From: Krischvirus LF73P4
Sequence record: OZ035795.1
DNA length: 64,000 nucleotides
Strand: one strand, 5' to 3'
Part shown: positions 18,645 through 27,674 of the stretch, in pieces
How the letters are laid out: every line of letters begins with the position of its first letter
Position numbering within the stretch: the first letter of the stretch is position 1
Translations under genes and position numbers: made by a program
Notes under the pieces: generated by a model
Databases searched by the model: none
What the model was told of the DNA's origin: nothing
What the model saw: the letters and a program-made list of their open reading frames with translations, nothing else

Positions 18645-19673
18645 ATGATTTACTACGCAGATTATGAAATAGCGGAAAAAGCCATATACGGCGAACGAAA
18701 TTTTAAACGGTTGCATACTAGCTCATTTACGCTGGTCTGTAGTTGTCCGATCTGCGGTGACTCAAAGAAAAATCATACTCAAGCGCGATTCCGTATCTAT
18801 ACCTATAAGGATAGTTTGCGTTGTGGTTGTTTCAACTGTAACTACAATCAGCCGTTAGGTGAATTTCTCAAACAGTATAAACCGGACCTATTCAGGGAAT
18901 GGCTTATGGAGAGACGGAAGGAACAAGGCGACCACAAGAACACCACGTTCAAGCCACTGAAAAAGGTAGAAAAGCCGGAGATTAAGAAAGTGCAAACATT
19001 GCCTTTCTGCGAGAGATTAGATACTCTTCCGGCTAATCATCCTATAATAAAGTATGTCAGTGATCGTTGCATCCCTCACGATAAATGGGATCTTCTGTAT
19101 TTCACGAGAGAATGGCAAAAGGTAGCAAATCACATTAAGGCTGATACTTTCAAGAACCCACAACCTGAACCGCGTTTAGTGATTCCTATCTTTAACCGCG
19201 AGAACAAGATAGAATCCATTCAGGGGCGAGCATTGAGAAAGGATTACGGAAAGACCAAATATATGACGATTAAAACTCATGAGTTAGCGAGTAAGGTCTA
19301 TGGTCTTGAACGCGCCGATCCGAGTAAGCCAGTGTATTTCTTAGAAGGTCCGATCGATTCATTGTTTATTGATAACGGGTGTGCAATTACTGGCGGTACT
19401 TTGGGATTAGATGAAATACCTTTCCCAGACCAGCGAGTGTTTGTACTTGATGCGGAACCACGGTCTGCCGATACAATGCACCGACTGGAAAAGTTTATCA
19501 ATGCAGGGGAAAAGATTGTATTGTGGGACCGTTGCCCGTGGCATTCTAAAGACGTTAACGCCATGATTCAGGACGAGGGCGCTACACGCGACCAGATCAT
19601 GGAATATATCAAAGAGAACACCGTACAAGGTCTGATGGCTAAAATGCGGTTTATGAAATATTGTAAATTTTAA
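18645..19673 (+). CDS. 61: DNA primase gp61
   Basis: 342 aa; N-terminal zinc-binding CPICGDSKK..H...C..C, TOPRIM-like C-terminal half; follows 41 as in T4. Confidence 0.85.
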   Translation: MIYYADYEIAEKAIYGERNFKRLHTSSFTLVCSCPICGDSKKNHTQARFRIYTYKDSLRCGCFNCNYNQPLGEFLKQYKPDLFREWLMERRKEQGDHKNTTFKPLKKVEKPEIKKVQTLPFCERLDTLPANHPIIKYVSDRCIPHDKWDLLYFTREWQKVANHIKADTFKNPQPEPRLVIPIFNRENKIESIQGRALRKDYGKTKYMTIKTHELASKVYGLERADPSKPVYFLEGPIDSLFIDNGCAITGGTLGLDEIPFPDQRVFVLDAEPRSADTMHRLEKFINAGEKIVLWDRCPWHSKDVNAMIQDEGATRDQIMEYIKENTVQGLMAKMRFMKYCKF

Positions 19674-19687
19674 TTAATGAGGTGAAT

Positions 19688-20206
19688 ATGTCAGAATTTA
19701 ATTCTTGTGCTGGTCTGGTTAACGAAAAAGATATTAACGCGGCTATCGCCGCATATCATCACGCTATTGCAGAAGGTAAAGATCCGTTTCAGGTGATGCT
19801 CGAAATGCAAACTGGTTTGCAGGTTGCATTATCCGAAAAATTTGATTGGGTCCCAAATCCAACTAAGCTAGAGACTTGCGGTGAAATGCTGGATTGGATG
19901 CAACGGATGGATGACGCTATCGCAGACGAAACACGAGAGCTTTACACATCGCTGGGTGGAATGTCCAATGGTAAAGATGCAAGTGCAATCTGGAAAATGT
20001 GGAAAAAGAACCACGGAGAAGCGCGAGCGCGTAAATTCTCTGAACTGTCACCGGAAGATCAGCTTGAAGTGAAATTTGAATTTGTGGACGCGATCCACTT
20101 CATTCTGTCAAAGATGATCCCGCTGGGTATTGACGCTCAAGAACTCTTTATTCTGTACTATCTGAAAAATGCTGAAAACTTCGCCCGTCAAGAACGCGGC
20201 TACTAA
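19688..20206 (+). CDS. 56: dCTP pyrophosphatase gp56-like (MazG-type)
   Basis: 172 aa from ATG 19688; KDP.QVML.MQ; KLET.GE...WM; SPEDQLE.KFE.VD; LYYLKN.ENFARQ.RGY match recalled T4 gp56. Confidence 0.75.
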   Translation: MSEFNSCAGLVNEKDINAAIAAYHHAIAEGKDPFQVMLEMQTGLQVALSEKFDWVPNPTKLETCGEMLDWMQRMDDAIADETRELYTSLGGMSNGKDASAIWKMWKKNHGEARARKFSELSPEDQLEVKFEFVDAIHFILSKMIPLGIDAQELFILYYLKNAENFARQERGY

Positions 20207-20213
20207 AAATTAG

Positions 20214-20272
20214 TTGACACTAATCTATAATGGTTTTATTATGCCTCCCGTCGAAAGATTGGAGGCTTTTTT
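20214..20272 (+). promoter_or_regulatory. promoter TTGACA-N17-TATTAT overlapping terminator-like hairpin GCCTCC-N12-GGAGGC plus T6
   Basis: Hairpin 3' arm GGAGG doubles as Shine-Dalgarno for ORF 20276. Confidence 0.45.
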
Positions 20273-20275
20273 ATT

Positions 20276-20779
20276 ATGCAATTTACACCAGAAGAACTTA
20301 ACATCATTGATGAAGTGATGAACTCTAAAGAAAATATCGATATGTCGATCCTTAATGGATTGATCGAAAAGACTGAGCGGTTAGTGCATCATGAAGCCTT
20401 GTATCGCGGTGTGAGCAAAAGAGAAGGCCGTAAGCTGGATACCTTAATTGTAGGTGATTCTTTCGTTGTAGAGCGTCCTATGAGCTTTACGCCACTGAAA
20501 TCAACAGCAGAGGACTTTGCAACCGATGTTTATGCAACAGGAAAGATTATTGCAATAAAACCTACCAAGCCTTGCATGAATTATTACGAACATGCTATTG
20601 ACCGAGTGGTGTCTAAAGAGTATGACAATCCGACTACTCGACTGTCTTTGTATGCTATGTTGGCAGATGAGCGCGAGTGCATATACAAGACAGGGACGAC
20701 CATGATCCTTGATGAGATCGAGGAAGTTTACGCGTGTAATGGCGAGCTGATAGAGATTTACAAATTTTCTTTAATTTAA
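20276..20779 (+). CDS. hypothetical protein; possible ADP-ribosyltransferase-like R-S-ExE motif
   Basis: 167 aa; LYRG (R44), MSFT (S70), DERE (E132/E134) in the order of ART motifs; weak motif evidence only. Confidence 0.45.
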   Translation: MQFTPEELNIIDEVMNSKENIDMSILNGLIEKTERLVHHEALYRGVSKREGRKLDTLIVGDSFVVERPMSFTPLKSTAEDFATDVYATGKIIAIKPTKPCMNYYEHAIDRVVSKEYDNPTTRLSLYAMLADERECIYKTGTTMILDEIEEVYACNGELIEIYKFSLI

Positions 20780-20840
20780 GTGTTGACAGCACAAACCAGA
20801 TAGACAATAATACACACATACCAACTAAGGAGAATCAATT

Positions 20841-21596
20841 ATGAAACTGTTTGCTTTTAAATCTAACGAAGAATTGGCGCTGGTTGTTTTCCGGCTGAAC
20901 TCTATCATGGCTGGTGCTTCACGTCGCAACAAAGACTTCTCTATGAGCTTAGTCACTGTGCGTAACATTTACCGACAGACTCATTGCGCCTATTCCGGTG
21001 AGGCTTTCGGTGAAGGTGATGATGGACTCTCCTTAGAGCGCATTGATTGCAATCTAGGATATGTTGATGGCAATGTAATTCCGGTTAAACTGAAATACAA
21101 TTCTTTCCGTGGCAATCACACTATCGAATCTCTTAAAGAGATCCAGGAACTAGGAACTAACGGTAAACTTTCTGATGATGAAATTGCCCTACGTGCGAAG
21201 TACATCGAGTGGATCGAACTTAACGAGAATCGCATCAAAAATCAGGAACTGGCAATCGAAGAAAAGAAATTAGCAATCGAGCGCCACAAAAAGCACAACG
21301 AACCTGAGAAAGCAGAGGCAGTCGAGCGAGCTATTAAAAATACTCTCTTCCGTATGGAAGAACGTTATCAGAAAATTGCAGATCTCAAGCAAGCCCTTAG
21401 CGAAATCAACAAGAAAGAAGAAAAACTTAAGGCTATTGCAAACAATACCGAAGTCGTGCTAAAATATACCAGCGTTTTGATTGAATCTCTTTCTAAGTAT
21501 GAGAACTTAACGCCAGCACAAAAAGAACGCGTGAAATACGGGCTTCCGATTGATGCGTCGTGGATTGAATTGATGAAAGCGAAGGTAGGTTTATAA
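20841..21596 (+). CDS. hypothetical protein with degenerate HNH-like segment and long coiled-coil C-terminus
   Basis: 251 aa; HCAYSGE....LSLERIDCNLGYVDGNVIPV resembles a His-Me finger with substitutions; C-terminal 130 aa heptad-rich. Confidence 0.5.
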   Translation: MKLFAFKSNEELALVVFRLNSIMAGASRRNKDFSMSLVTVRNIYRQTHCAYSGEAFGEGDDGLSLERIDCNLGYVDGNVIPVKLKYNSFRGNHTIESLKEIQELGTNGKLSDDEIALRAKYIEWIELNENRIKNQELAIEEKKLAIERHKKHNEPEKAEAVERAIKNTLFRMEERYQKIADLKQALSEINKKEEKLKAIANNTEVVLKYTSVLIESLSKYENLTPAQKERVKYGLPIDASWIELMKAKVGL

Positions 21597-21910
21597 TGCA
21601 TGTATTTGCTGTATGTTATCGTGATAAAGACGGATTCTTTCAATACTCAGTGGACGCGAAGGGTCGCGTCCTAACTTGCGAAACACATGATGCTGCGTTA
21701 GCGTCAATGTGTGATCAGATAGATTATTGTGAGAGTCTATTGGCAGGTGAACCGAAATACAAGGTTGTACCTAAACGAAAATTTGGCATAATCCGGTCTT
21801 CTGAAATTGTTCGGGATGGTATCGAATATAAAATTCCTGAATATGAAAAAGAACGGGTACGGCGAGAACTCAATACTATCTGTGTTCGCAAGGTGAGGAT
21901 TTTAGGATAA
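21596..21910 (+). CDS. hypothetical protein
   Basis: 104-aa ORF overlapping flanking genes by 1 nt. Confidence 0.45.
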   Translation: MHVFAVCYRDKDGFFQYSVDAKGRVLTCETHDAALASMCDQIDYCESLLAGEPKYKVVPKRKFGIIRSSEIVRDGIEYKIPEYEKERVRRELNTICVRKVRILG

Positions 21911-23301
21911 TGAGCAGAGTATTAACTTTCGATATGTTAACAGACGGGCAAAAACATGCTTTTGATGTTCTAATGAAACGCATTGAACAAAAGAAGCATA
22001 CAACTGTCCGTGGTGCGGCGGGTACTGGTAAAACCGCAATGATGAAATTCATTGTTCAGGAAATGGTCCGCCGTGGTGTAACTGGTGTGGTTTTGGCAAC
22101 GCCTACCCACCAGGCTAAAAAAGTTTTGAGTAAAGCGGTAGGTCGTCAAGCATTTACTTTACATGCACTACTGCGACTAAACCCGACCAACTATGAAGAT
22201 ACTCAAGTATTTGAGCAAAAAGATACTCCTAAGCTAGATGATGTTCAGATCATCATTGTTGATGAAGCGAGTATGGTCGATAAGAAACTATTTGATATTC
22301 TCATGAAGAGTATCAACGGTCGAATTGTTGTTATTGCAGTTGGCGATCCGCACCAGTTACGACCAGTTGATCCGAGCGGTGCAACGTCGATCTCTCCTTT
22401 CTTCACGGATGAAAATTTTCAAAACGTGGAGTTGACAGAAATTAAACGATCTAATGCACCGATCATTGATGTGGCGACCGCTGTCCGTAATGGTAAATGG
22501 GTATTCGAAAAGCAGTGCGGCAACGAGGGTGTATTCCATAGCTCAACTCTGCCGGAGTTTATGAAGCATTATTTCGAAACCGTTAAAACGCCGGAAGACC
22601 TGCTAGAAAACCGTATTCTGGCCTACACTAACAAGAGCGTCGAAAAACTCAATGAAATTGTGCGTAAGCGCGTTTATAACACCGATGAACCAGTGATTGT
22701 AGATGAAATTCTGGTTACTCAGGAACCATTGATCGAATATCTGCGAGATGAACGCGGGAAGAAGATTCCCAATGTTATTTTTAACAATGGTGAGATGATC
22801 CGAGTTAAAGAGGTCATCCCGCGCGAATTTACATTACGTTGCACGGGGGTAGATCCGCAACCAGTTTTAGGCTATACTCTGAAAGTGGAAAGCGTCGATG
22901 ATGACGAAGACAAAGAAATCCTAAATCAGAAAGTCGGTTTAGATGCAGTCGGAATCACTACAGATAAACCAGATTTAGTAGAAATCAACATTCTGACAGA
23001 ACAACGTCAGAAGAACATTTTCTCTATCTATCTGAATACGGTCGCCGGACAATATCGCGAAATGAAGAAAGAGAATCCAAAATTTAAACCAGATTGGGAT
23101 TCCTTCTGGACGATGAAGCGTATGTTCTTGAATGTAAAAGCATTACCAGCTTGCACCATTCATAAGTCACAAGGGATCAGCGTAGACCGCGTGTTCCTGT
23201 ATACTCCTTGCATGTGTACAGACAATGTTGACTTTGAATTGGCAATGCAGTTATTATATGTGGGTGTTACCCGTGCGCGGTATCGAGTAGACTATATTTG
23301 A
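21910..23301 (+). CDS. dda: Dda DNA helicase (SF1)
   Basis: 463 aa; F..LT.GQK.AF...MK.I..KKH; Walker A GAAGTGKT; ATPTH.AKK.LSK; KRSNAPIIDVATAVRNGKW; LLYVGVTR.RY match recalled T4 Dda. Confidence 0.9.
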   Translation: MSRVLTFDMLTDGQKHAFDVLMKRIEQKKHTTVRGAAGTGKTAMMKFIVQEMVRRGVTGVVLATPTHQAKKVLSKAVGRQAFTLHALLRLNPTNYEDTQVFEQKDTPKLDDVQIIIVDEASMVDKKLFDILMKSINGRIVVIAVGDPHQLRPVDPSGATSISPFFTDENFQNVELTEIKRSNAPIIDVATAVRNGKWVFEKQCGNEGVFHSSTLPEFMKHYFETVKTPEDLLENRILAYTNKSVEKLNEIVRKRVYNTDEPVIVDEILVTQEPLIEYLRDERGKKIPNVIFNNGEMIRVKEVIPREFTLRCTGVDPQPVLGYTLKVESVDDDEDKEILNQKVGLDAVGITTDKPDLVEINILTEQRQKNIFSIYLNTVAGQYREMKKENPKFKPDWDSFWTMKRMFLNVKALPACTIHKSQGISVDRVFLYTPCMCTDNVDFELAMQLLYVGVTRARYRVDYI

Positions 23302-23311
23302 GGAAATTATT

Positions 23312-23479
23312 ATGATTATGCGAAGTATCCCAGAATTTAATGATGTGACGGTAAGCCGTCACAATGGAACTGTTACCATGTGCTTTAGATGGGGTCTATA
23401 CGGCTGGAACGTGTCCGGCGATAGTGAAGCTGCATGTATCAATAAAATGATCGAGCATTTCACTAAGCGAGGGTTTTGA
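23312..23479 (+). CDS. hypothetical 55-aa protein
   Basis: Not in track; ATG 23312 after AGGAAA. Confidence 0.3.
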   Translation: MIMRSIPEFNDVTVSRHNGTVTMCFRWGLYGWNVSGDSEAACINKMIEHFTKRGF

Positions 23480-23480
23480 T

Positions 23481-23723
23481 ATGGTTGTTATTAATAATGT
23501 GGCTAATGTAATACATCTACAATCAATTGTCGCGTGGAACCGTCAAAAGATTCATTGTGACTATGCACAACATGTAATGAATTTTAACAACAAAGTACGC
23601 GCATACATGGCAACGGAACGACTGTTAACCGATAATTACGGTAACGGGATTATTGATTGTAGCGGTTTCATTCTGGATAAAAACGATCTGGAGTTGTTCC
23701 GGCATATCGCGGAGGATATTTAA
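23481..23723 (+). CDS. hypothetical protein
   Basis: 80-aa ORF. Confidence 0.4.
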   Translation: MVVINNVANVIHLQSIVAWNRQKIHCDYAQHVMNFNNKVRAYMATERLLTDNYGNGIIDCSGFILDKNDLELFRHIAEDI

Positions 23724-23724
23724 A

Positions 23725-24393
23725 ATGCTTCCAGTGGATTTAATGATTGACTTTGAAAGTTTAGGTTATCCGCCCGATGGGGCGGTTATCAATATGGCGG
23801 CAATCGGATTTAAAGAAGATCCGCACAATCCACCTACATTTAAAGAACTGGTCGACAATTCCTTTCTGGTAAAATTTGATATTCCTTCCCAGAAAGGTGT
23901 AAGGGTGTTTGATCATGGTGTGGTTGAATGGTGGAAGAATACCGCCTCAGAAGGTATGAGAAAGCAATTAATCACAAATGGTACGGAAGTATCAACTAAA
24001 GAAGGTTTAGCGCGTTTTAACGCATTCTGTGAAGCCGTAGGGGTAGATCCGGTTAAATCCGTAATGTGGTCACGCGGTAATGCGTTTGATATTCCGTTAC
24101 TAGTTGATATGATCCGCCGTGCACACAATACACGAGAGACGTTCAGCCTTGAACCTGTGCGATTCTGGAATATCCGAGATGTTCGCACCGCCATTGAGCG
24201 TACATTGATGCATCGCGGGATGTGTGAGTGTCCGTTACCAATGGGTACGCTAGATGGTTTTATCGCACATGATGCAATTCATGATTGCGCTCGCGATATT
24301 CTTATGCTAATCTATGCACAACGTTATGCTATGGGTCTGGAAGACCTACCAGAAAATCCAGATCCAAATTCAGTTAAGAAACAAAGGGGATAA
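23725..24393 (+). CDS. dexA: exonuclease A DexA
   Basis: ATG 23725 after GGAGGA; IDFE..G; KFD...QKG.R.F....VEWWKN; FD.P.LVD.IRR; FW..RD.RT; GTLDGF.AHD.IHDCA.DILM..YA.RYAMGLED match recalled T4 DexA. Confidence 0.85.
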   Translation: MLPVDLMIDFESLGYPPDGAVINMAAIGFKEDPHNPPTFKELVDNSFLVKFDIPSQKGVRVFDHGVVEWWKNTASEGMRKQLITNGTEVSTKEGLARFNAFCEAVGVDPVKSVMWSRGNAFDIPLLVDMIRRAHNTRETFSLEPVRFWNIRDVRTAIERTLMHRGMCECPLPMGTLDGFIAHDAIHDCARDILMLIYAQRYAMGLEDLPENPDPNSVKKQRG

Positions 24394-24394
24394 T

Positions 24395-24568
24395 ATGCCA
24401 TTATACGATTATTCTTGTGAAGAACACGGTCAATTTCAGAAAATCCGCAAAATTTCCGAGCGTGAAAAGGCAGAATGCCCTGAATGCGGTAAAGAATGCA
24501 AACAGGGATTGACTGCCCCGCGCGGGATTAATGGCGGGTACTATGATAAAAATGTGCGCGTGTCATGA
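24395..24568 (+). CDS. zinc-ribbon protein (FmdB-like)
   Basis: MPLYDYSCEEHGQF....CPECGK; ATG 24395 after AAAGGGGA, 1 nt after dexA stop. Confidence 0.55.
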   Translation: MPLYDYSCEEHGQFQKIRKISEREKAECPECGKECKQGLTAPRGINGGYYDKNVRVS

Positions 24569-24666
24569 GTCATATACTTGACAATCACTCAATTTTAATA
24601 TGATTGTTGCAGCCGTCTTTGTGGCGGTTGCAGTAAGTTATGGTTATGTTATGAAGAGGTTTAATA

Positions 24667-26490
24667 ATGAGTGAGTTTCGCATTTTATCTGATCGTGAGC
24701 ATGTCCTTAAGCGTGCAGGAATGTATATAGGATCAACAACTTACGAAGAACATCAACGTTTCCTGTTCGGTAAATGGACAAAAATTTCATATGTTCCTGG
24801 ACTGGTGAAAATCATTGATGAGATCATCGACAACTCTGTAGACGAGGCGATTCGCACTAATTTTGAATTTGCCAATGTGATTAGCGTCGATATCCAAAAC
24901 AATATTGTTACGGTAACAGACAACGGTCGCGGTATTCCTCAACATATGGTTACTACCCCAGAGGGCACGCAGATTCCGCAACCTGTAGCCGCATGGACAC
25001 GAACAAAAGCAGGGTCTAACTTTGATGATACCAATCGATTAACGCAAGGGATGAACGGTGTAGGGTCGTCGTTGTCAAATTTCTTTAGCGATTGGTTTAC
25101 TGGTGTGACCTGTGACGGCGAAACAGAAATGACCGTTCAATGTACAAACGGTGCTGAAAATATCACATGGTCATCGAAACCATCAAAATTGAAGGGAACA
25201 AAGGTTACATTTTGCCCAGACTTCGACCACTTCGAAGGTTATATGATGGACAACTCTGTTTTAGATATTGTTCATGATCGTCTGCAATCATTGAGCGTAA
25301 TATTTCCTAAGATCACGTTTAAGTTTAATGGTAAACGTATTGTTAGTAAGTTCAAGGATTATGCTAAACTATACAATGATGATCCGTTTGTCATTGAAGA
25401 TAAAAACTTTTCACTTGCCCTAGTTCCTGCGGTCGAGGGAGAAGGTTTTAAATCAGTATCCTTTGCTAATGGTCTGTTTACCAAAAACGGGGGAACACAC
25501 GTAGACTACGTGACAGATGATCTTTGTGAAGAGATTGTAAAACGAATCAAGAAAGAATATAAGGTTGATGTTACTAAAGCTGCGGTTAAATCTGGATTGA
25601 CCTGTATTCTTATTGTTCGTGAATTGCCTAACCTTCGTTTTGATTCACAGACAAAAGAACGATTGACTAATCCAACTGGTGATATCAAGCGTCATATTGA
25701 TCTTGATTTTAAAAAGCTGGCTAAAGTCATTGCGAAGAAAGAAAACATTATCATGCCTATTATTGCTGTAGTCCTGGCACGCAAAGAGGCAGCAGATAAA
25801 GCGGCAGCGACTAAGGCAGCAAAGGCAGCGAAACGGGCTAAGGTAGCAAAACACGTTAAAGCTAACCTTATTGGAACTGACGCAGAAACTACCCTGTTTT
25901 TGACGGAAGGTGATTCCGCGATCAACTATCTGATCTCTGTACGTGATCAAGATTTACATGGCGGTTTCCCGTTGCGAGGCAAAACTCTTACAACGTGGGA
26001 ACAACCGGAGGCAAAGATCGTTAAGAACGCCGAAATTTTTAACATCATGGCGATCACTGGCTTGCAATTTGGTGTTGATGCATTGGAAGTTATGCAATAC
26101 AAAAATATTGCGATTATGACAGACGCTGATACTGACGGGATCGGGTCTATTAAACCTAGTCTGATCTCTTTCTTTGCTCGTTGGCCTGAATTGTTCGAAG
26201 ATGGACGAATCCGGTTTATCAAAACACCTATTATCATTGCGGAACCAAAGAAAGGTGATGATGTTCGATGGTATTATGACCTAGAAGATTTTGAGAACGA
26301 CCGAGATAATATCAAAGGTTACAACATTCGATATATCAAAGGTTTAGCATCGCTCACAGAATCAGACTATCATCGCGTGATCAACGATCCTGTCATGGAG
26401 ATCATCACGTTACCGGAAAACTATAAAGAGCTATTCGATTTGCTCTATAGTGAAGATTCAGACATGAGGAAGGCATGGATGGCGTCATAA
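24667..26490 (+). CDS. 39: DNA topoisomerase II large subunit gp39 (GyrB-like ATPase), apparently fused 39+60
   Basis: 607 aa; GHKL ATPase motifs (IIDEIIDNSVDEA, TVTDNGRGIP), TOPRIM-like C-terminal part; length exceeds recalled T4 gp39 alone. Confidence 0.85.
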   Translation: MSEFRILSDREHVLKRAGMYIGSTTYEEHQRFLFGKWTKISYVPGLVKIIDEIIDNSVDEAIRTNFEFANVISVDIQNNIVTVTDNGRGIPQHMVTTPEGTQIPQPVAAWTRTKAGSNFDDTNRLTQGMNGVGSSLSNFFSDWFTGVTCDGETEMTVQCTNGAENITWSSKPSKLKGTKVTFCPDFDHFEGYMMDNSVLDIVHDRLQSLSVIFPKITFKFNGKRIVSKFKDYAKLYNDDPFVIEDKNFSLALVPAVEGEGFKSVSFANGLFTKNGGTHVDYVTDDLCEEIVKRIKKEYKVDVTKAAVKSGLTCILIVRELPNLRFDSQTKERLTNPTGDIKRHIDLDFKKLAKVIAKKENIIMPIIAVVLARKEAADKAAATKAAKAAKRAKVAKHVKANLIGTDAETTLFLTEGDSAINYLISVRDQDLHGGFPLRGKTLTTWEQPEAKIVKNAEIFNIMAITGLQFGVDALEVMQYKNIAIMTDADTDGIGSIKPSLISFFARWPELFEDGRIRFIKTPIIIAEPKKGDDVRWYYDLEDFENDRDNIKGYNIRYIKGLASLTESDYHRVINDPVMEIITLPENYKELFDLLYSEDSDMRKAWMAS

Positions 26491-26491
26491 T

Positions 26492-27055
26492 ATGAAAAGT
26501 GCGAAATTTTGGAATACTGAAATTCAAGAGGAATTAAAACGAAGATTTGGACACACGGAAGGTGTTCTATATCACAAAACAAATAGTCCGTCTTTTAATG
26601 GTCTGCCAGAGGGATATTTCTACCAAGTCGGTGATAAAGTAAAAACAAAAAAGTTAAATTACGGTCATTTGGCAATAGATGTTTACAATAAGGTTAAAAA
26701 GAGAACATCTACATATCTTGTACATAGAATTGTCTGGTTTCTTGAATATGGAACACAGGTTAAGGTAATAGACCACATAGACGGGAATCCAGAAAACAAC
26801 AATCCACCAAATTTACGGGAGGCAACACAACAACAAAACATGTACAATAAAAAGAAAATGGACGGGTGCACGAGCATATATAATGGTGTTACTCATCGCA
26901 AAGGATCTAGCAAAAGACCGTGGCAAGCACAAATAAGGATAAACGGATACAGAAAATACATAGGATCGTTTGCTACTCAGGAGGAAGCCGCTAGAGCATA
27001 TGATGAATATGCAAAAATTCATCATGGGGAGTTTGCATCTTTAAATTTTAGTTGA
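26492..27055 (+). CDS. HNH-AP2 homing endonuclease
   Basis: 187 aa; HNH segment HRIVWFLEYG...IDHIDGNPENNNPPNLREATQQQN followed by AP2-like YNGVTHRKGS.RPWQAQIRINGYRKYIGSFATQEEAARAYDEYA; starts 1 nt after gp39 stop. Confidence 0.75.
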   Translation: MKSAKFWNTEIQEELKRRFGHTEGVLYHKTNSPSFNGLPEGYFYQVGDKVKTKKLNYGHLAIDVYNKVKKRTSTYLVHRIVWFLEYGTQVKVIDHIDGNPENNNPPNLREATQQQNMYNKKKMDGCTSIYNGVTHRKGSSKRPWQAQIRINGYRKYIGSFATQEEAARAYDEYAKIHHGEFASLNFS

Positions 27056-27091
27056 CACACAAGGGAGATTCTCTATAATGGGAGTCTCCCT
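27052..27091 (+). promoter_or_regulatory. early promoter TTGACA-N16-TATAAT with AGGGAGA/TCTCCCT stem around the -10
   Basis: Immediately after HNH gene stop. Confidence 0.5.
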
Positions 27092-27113
27092 TTTCTTTTA
27101 TGAGGATTTAACG

Positions 27114-27413
27114 ATGAGCAAAAAGAATAACATGATGATGAGTATGGCAAAGTTCATGGAAGCAGACCTGATCAAAAATACAGTACAGCATGAACGCCAG
27201 CGAGAAGCCGCAGTGATTGCAGAACAAGGTTTTCAGGTTATCCGCAATCCACCTAAAGATACGATTAAATCGAAATACAGAGACGATCTGAAAGACCATG
27301 AAGTACGGGAACTGGTTAATGATCTGCGTGACATTGCCATCAAATATCATGGTTATCAGTGCTTACGAGAACTGATCGCAGAGCGAGTAATGGATGCCCT
27401 GAAAAAAGATTAA
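27114..27413 (+). CDS. hypothetical protein
   Basis: Track ORF 27078..27413; ATG 27078 lies inside the -10 hexamer, ATG 27114 after GAGGA preferred. Confidence 0.45.
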   Translation: MSKKNNMMMSMAKFMEADLIKNTVQHERQREAAVIAEQGFQVIRNPPKDTIKSKYRDDLKDHEVRELVNDLRDIAIKYHGYQCLRELIAERVMDALKKD

Positions 27414-27420
27414 AAATCTG

Positions 27421-27455
27421 TTGACGCTGGATCGGGGATATATCATAATGTCCCC
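27421..27455 (+). promoter_or_regulatory. early promoter TTGACG-N17-CATAAT with GGGGA/TCCCC stem around the -10
   Basis: Hexamers and inverted repeat seen directly. Confidence 0.45.
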
Positions 27456-27479
27456 ATCGAAAACAAAAGGTTGACTTAT

Positions 27480-27674
27480 ATGAAACCGTTTAAGAATGAA
27501 GAAACTCAAAAATTTTGTGAAAAAATTGCAGAAATCTACTTGACAGGGGAAAAGGAAAAAGCTAATATTATGTTCAAAGAGTCGGTTTCTATGATGAAAG
27601 TAGCACGCTGGGAACTGATCGCAATGCAAGACCAAATTCGTTATCTAGTAACAAAGGAGAATCAAAATGCGTAA
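27480..27674 (+). CDS. hypothetical protein
   Basis: Track ORF 27471..27674 (TTG); ATG 27480 after AAAAGG. Confidence 0.4.
   Translation: MKPFKNEETQKFCEKIAEIYLTGEKEKANIMFKESVSMMKVARWELIAMQDQIRYLVTKENQNA

Noticed and set aside
25645-26237. Three minus-strand ORFs inside gene 39
   Set aside because: They lie antisense to the well-supported topoisomerase ORF, including its Lys/Ala-rich linker; typical spurious reverse-frame ORFs.
11225-26490. Inteins or group I introns in genes 43, 41, uvsX or 39
   Set aside because: All four ORFs are uninterrupted, with lengths close to or below those recalled for the T4 proteins (39 is longer only because it appears fused with 60) and with conserved motifs in the expected order; no extra insertion-sized segments.
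27078-27113. ATG at 27078 as start of the ORF after the HNH gene
   Set aside because: This ATG lies inside the -10 hexamer of the promoter that must transcribe the gene; the in-frame ATG at 27114 has a proper RBS.
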